The notes under the pieces: model-generated
Databases searched by the model: none
What the model was told of the DNA's origin: nothing
What the model saw: only the letters and a program-made list of their open reading frames with translations
Part shown: piece by piece, positions 63,223 through 64,000 of the stretch
Numbering within the stretch: position 1 is the first letter of the stretch
Layout: each line of letters begins with the position of its first letter
NCBI GenBank assembly: GCA_964019425.1
Contig: OZ025780.1
Location: 1,488,001 to 1,552,000 of the forward strand
Length of the DNA: 64,000 nt
Origin: Flectonema sp. DT1601
Lineage: Eukaryota
Direction: 5' to 3'
Translations under genes and position numbers: made by a program

Positions 63223-64000
63223 CAGTCATTCCTTTTTTTTGCGAACAAATTCTGGACAATGAAAAATTTTTTCAAAAAAAAATGGTAAAAATTTCGATCG
63301 AAGCGGCATTTTAATGCGCTGCATCGTTGGGTTCATTTCCGTCCGAAATCGGGAGGTTGGCATCACATACTTGTCACCTGAATCGAGAAAAGAGATTTTG
63401 TGGTCTACTAAATCAGCTCAGCCGTGGACAAGTACCAAAACTAAAAATTAATCGAAGGGTCTAATTTTACACTGCTGGCCCAGCGGGATCCAGAGAAAAA
63501 ATAATCGAGCAAAAATATATTAAAGAGTACTAAGCATGTGCCGGTGAGCCAGATTGTTACTACCAGTTTTTTTGGACCTACTTTGATACTTAATGAAAAC
63601 CCTCGTACAACACTTTTTTTATATGAAGTCACAACTTATGATGAATTATGAGCTATCTGAGCCACATGAAGTGATATCATCATCATCATCATCATAGCTA
63701 GTGCTGATGGAAGACTTCTCATACTCGGAAGAAGTGCTGTCTGACTCCTCAGTAGTGCTATCTGACCCCTCGGAGGTACTACTTGGCGGGTGAGATGTGA
63801 CTATTTTATATCCAACAGATCCCTGTATTTGCTCACAAAGATCGTAGTCACCTGTGATGCAGAGGGTACAAAAGCATGAAACGGCGCGATATCCCATTGT
63901 AAAGTCTTGTACTTCATTTTGATAACCCCTCACTAGTGAGCGGAAGGAGAAGAAGTTACTACGGATACCGGTCAAGATTATCTCTCCGTGTCTAGGGGAT
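63223..64000 (-). mobile_element. TIR DNA transposon X' (longer, possibly autonomous relative of X), cut by the window end; C-terminal ORF fragment 63646-63975
   Basis: Same TIR as X in (TA)n; diverges from X at ~63597; the ORF ends in R..SCFC..C..G.Y..C plus a Ser/Asp tail. Confidence 0.8.

Overview
Eukaryotic, AT-rich DNA, most likely from a euglenozoan (diplonemid-like). The evidence is co-oriented genes with short GT-AG introns and a spliced-leader-like sequence TCTGTACTTTATTG. Positions 1-20.4 kb hold an ordinary minus-strand gene cluster: a TMEM43-family protein, a small membrane protein, an ~1800-aa TPR/multi-IQ protein, a secreted Cys-rich EGF-like protein and a histidine phosphatase. 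From ~22 kb to the end is a deeply nested mobile-DNA island. Its core is one full-length ~6.3-kb APE-RT-RNaseH LINE spread over 33942-61820. The LINE has two tandem spliced-leader relics at its 5' end, an in-frame UAG-CAA-CCA readthrough-type junction between ORF1 and ORF2, and a (TAAA)n tail. It is cut by five insertions; removing the four that lie in coding sequence restores open ORFs. The inserts belong to a non-coding, satellite-carrying element ('A', 10 copies) with one fixed end (...GAAATTC) and one variable end. An otherwise unrelated 1.36-1.38-kb element ('B') occurs as more-than-unit-length tandems and ends in the same stem-loop with compensatory base changes (GGGC-N-NNAGC-CAAAA-GCTNN-CA-GTCC...GAAATTC). 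A 31-bp minisatellite array shares A's far-end leader. Together these suggest an undescribed family of satellite-bearing non-autonomous retroposons defined by a shared 3' RNA structure. Several TIR DNA transposons and MITEs are nested inside. All family assignments come from motifs read by eye; no database searches were run.
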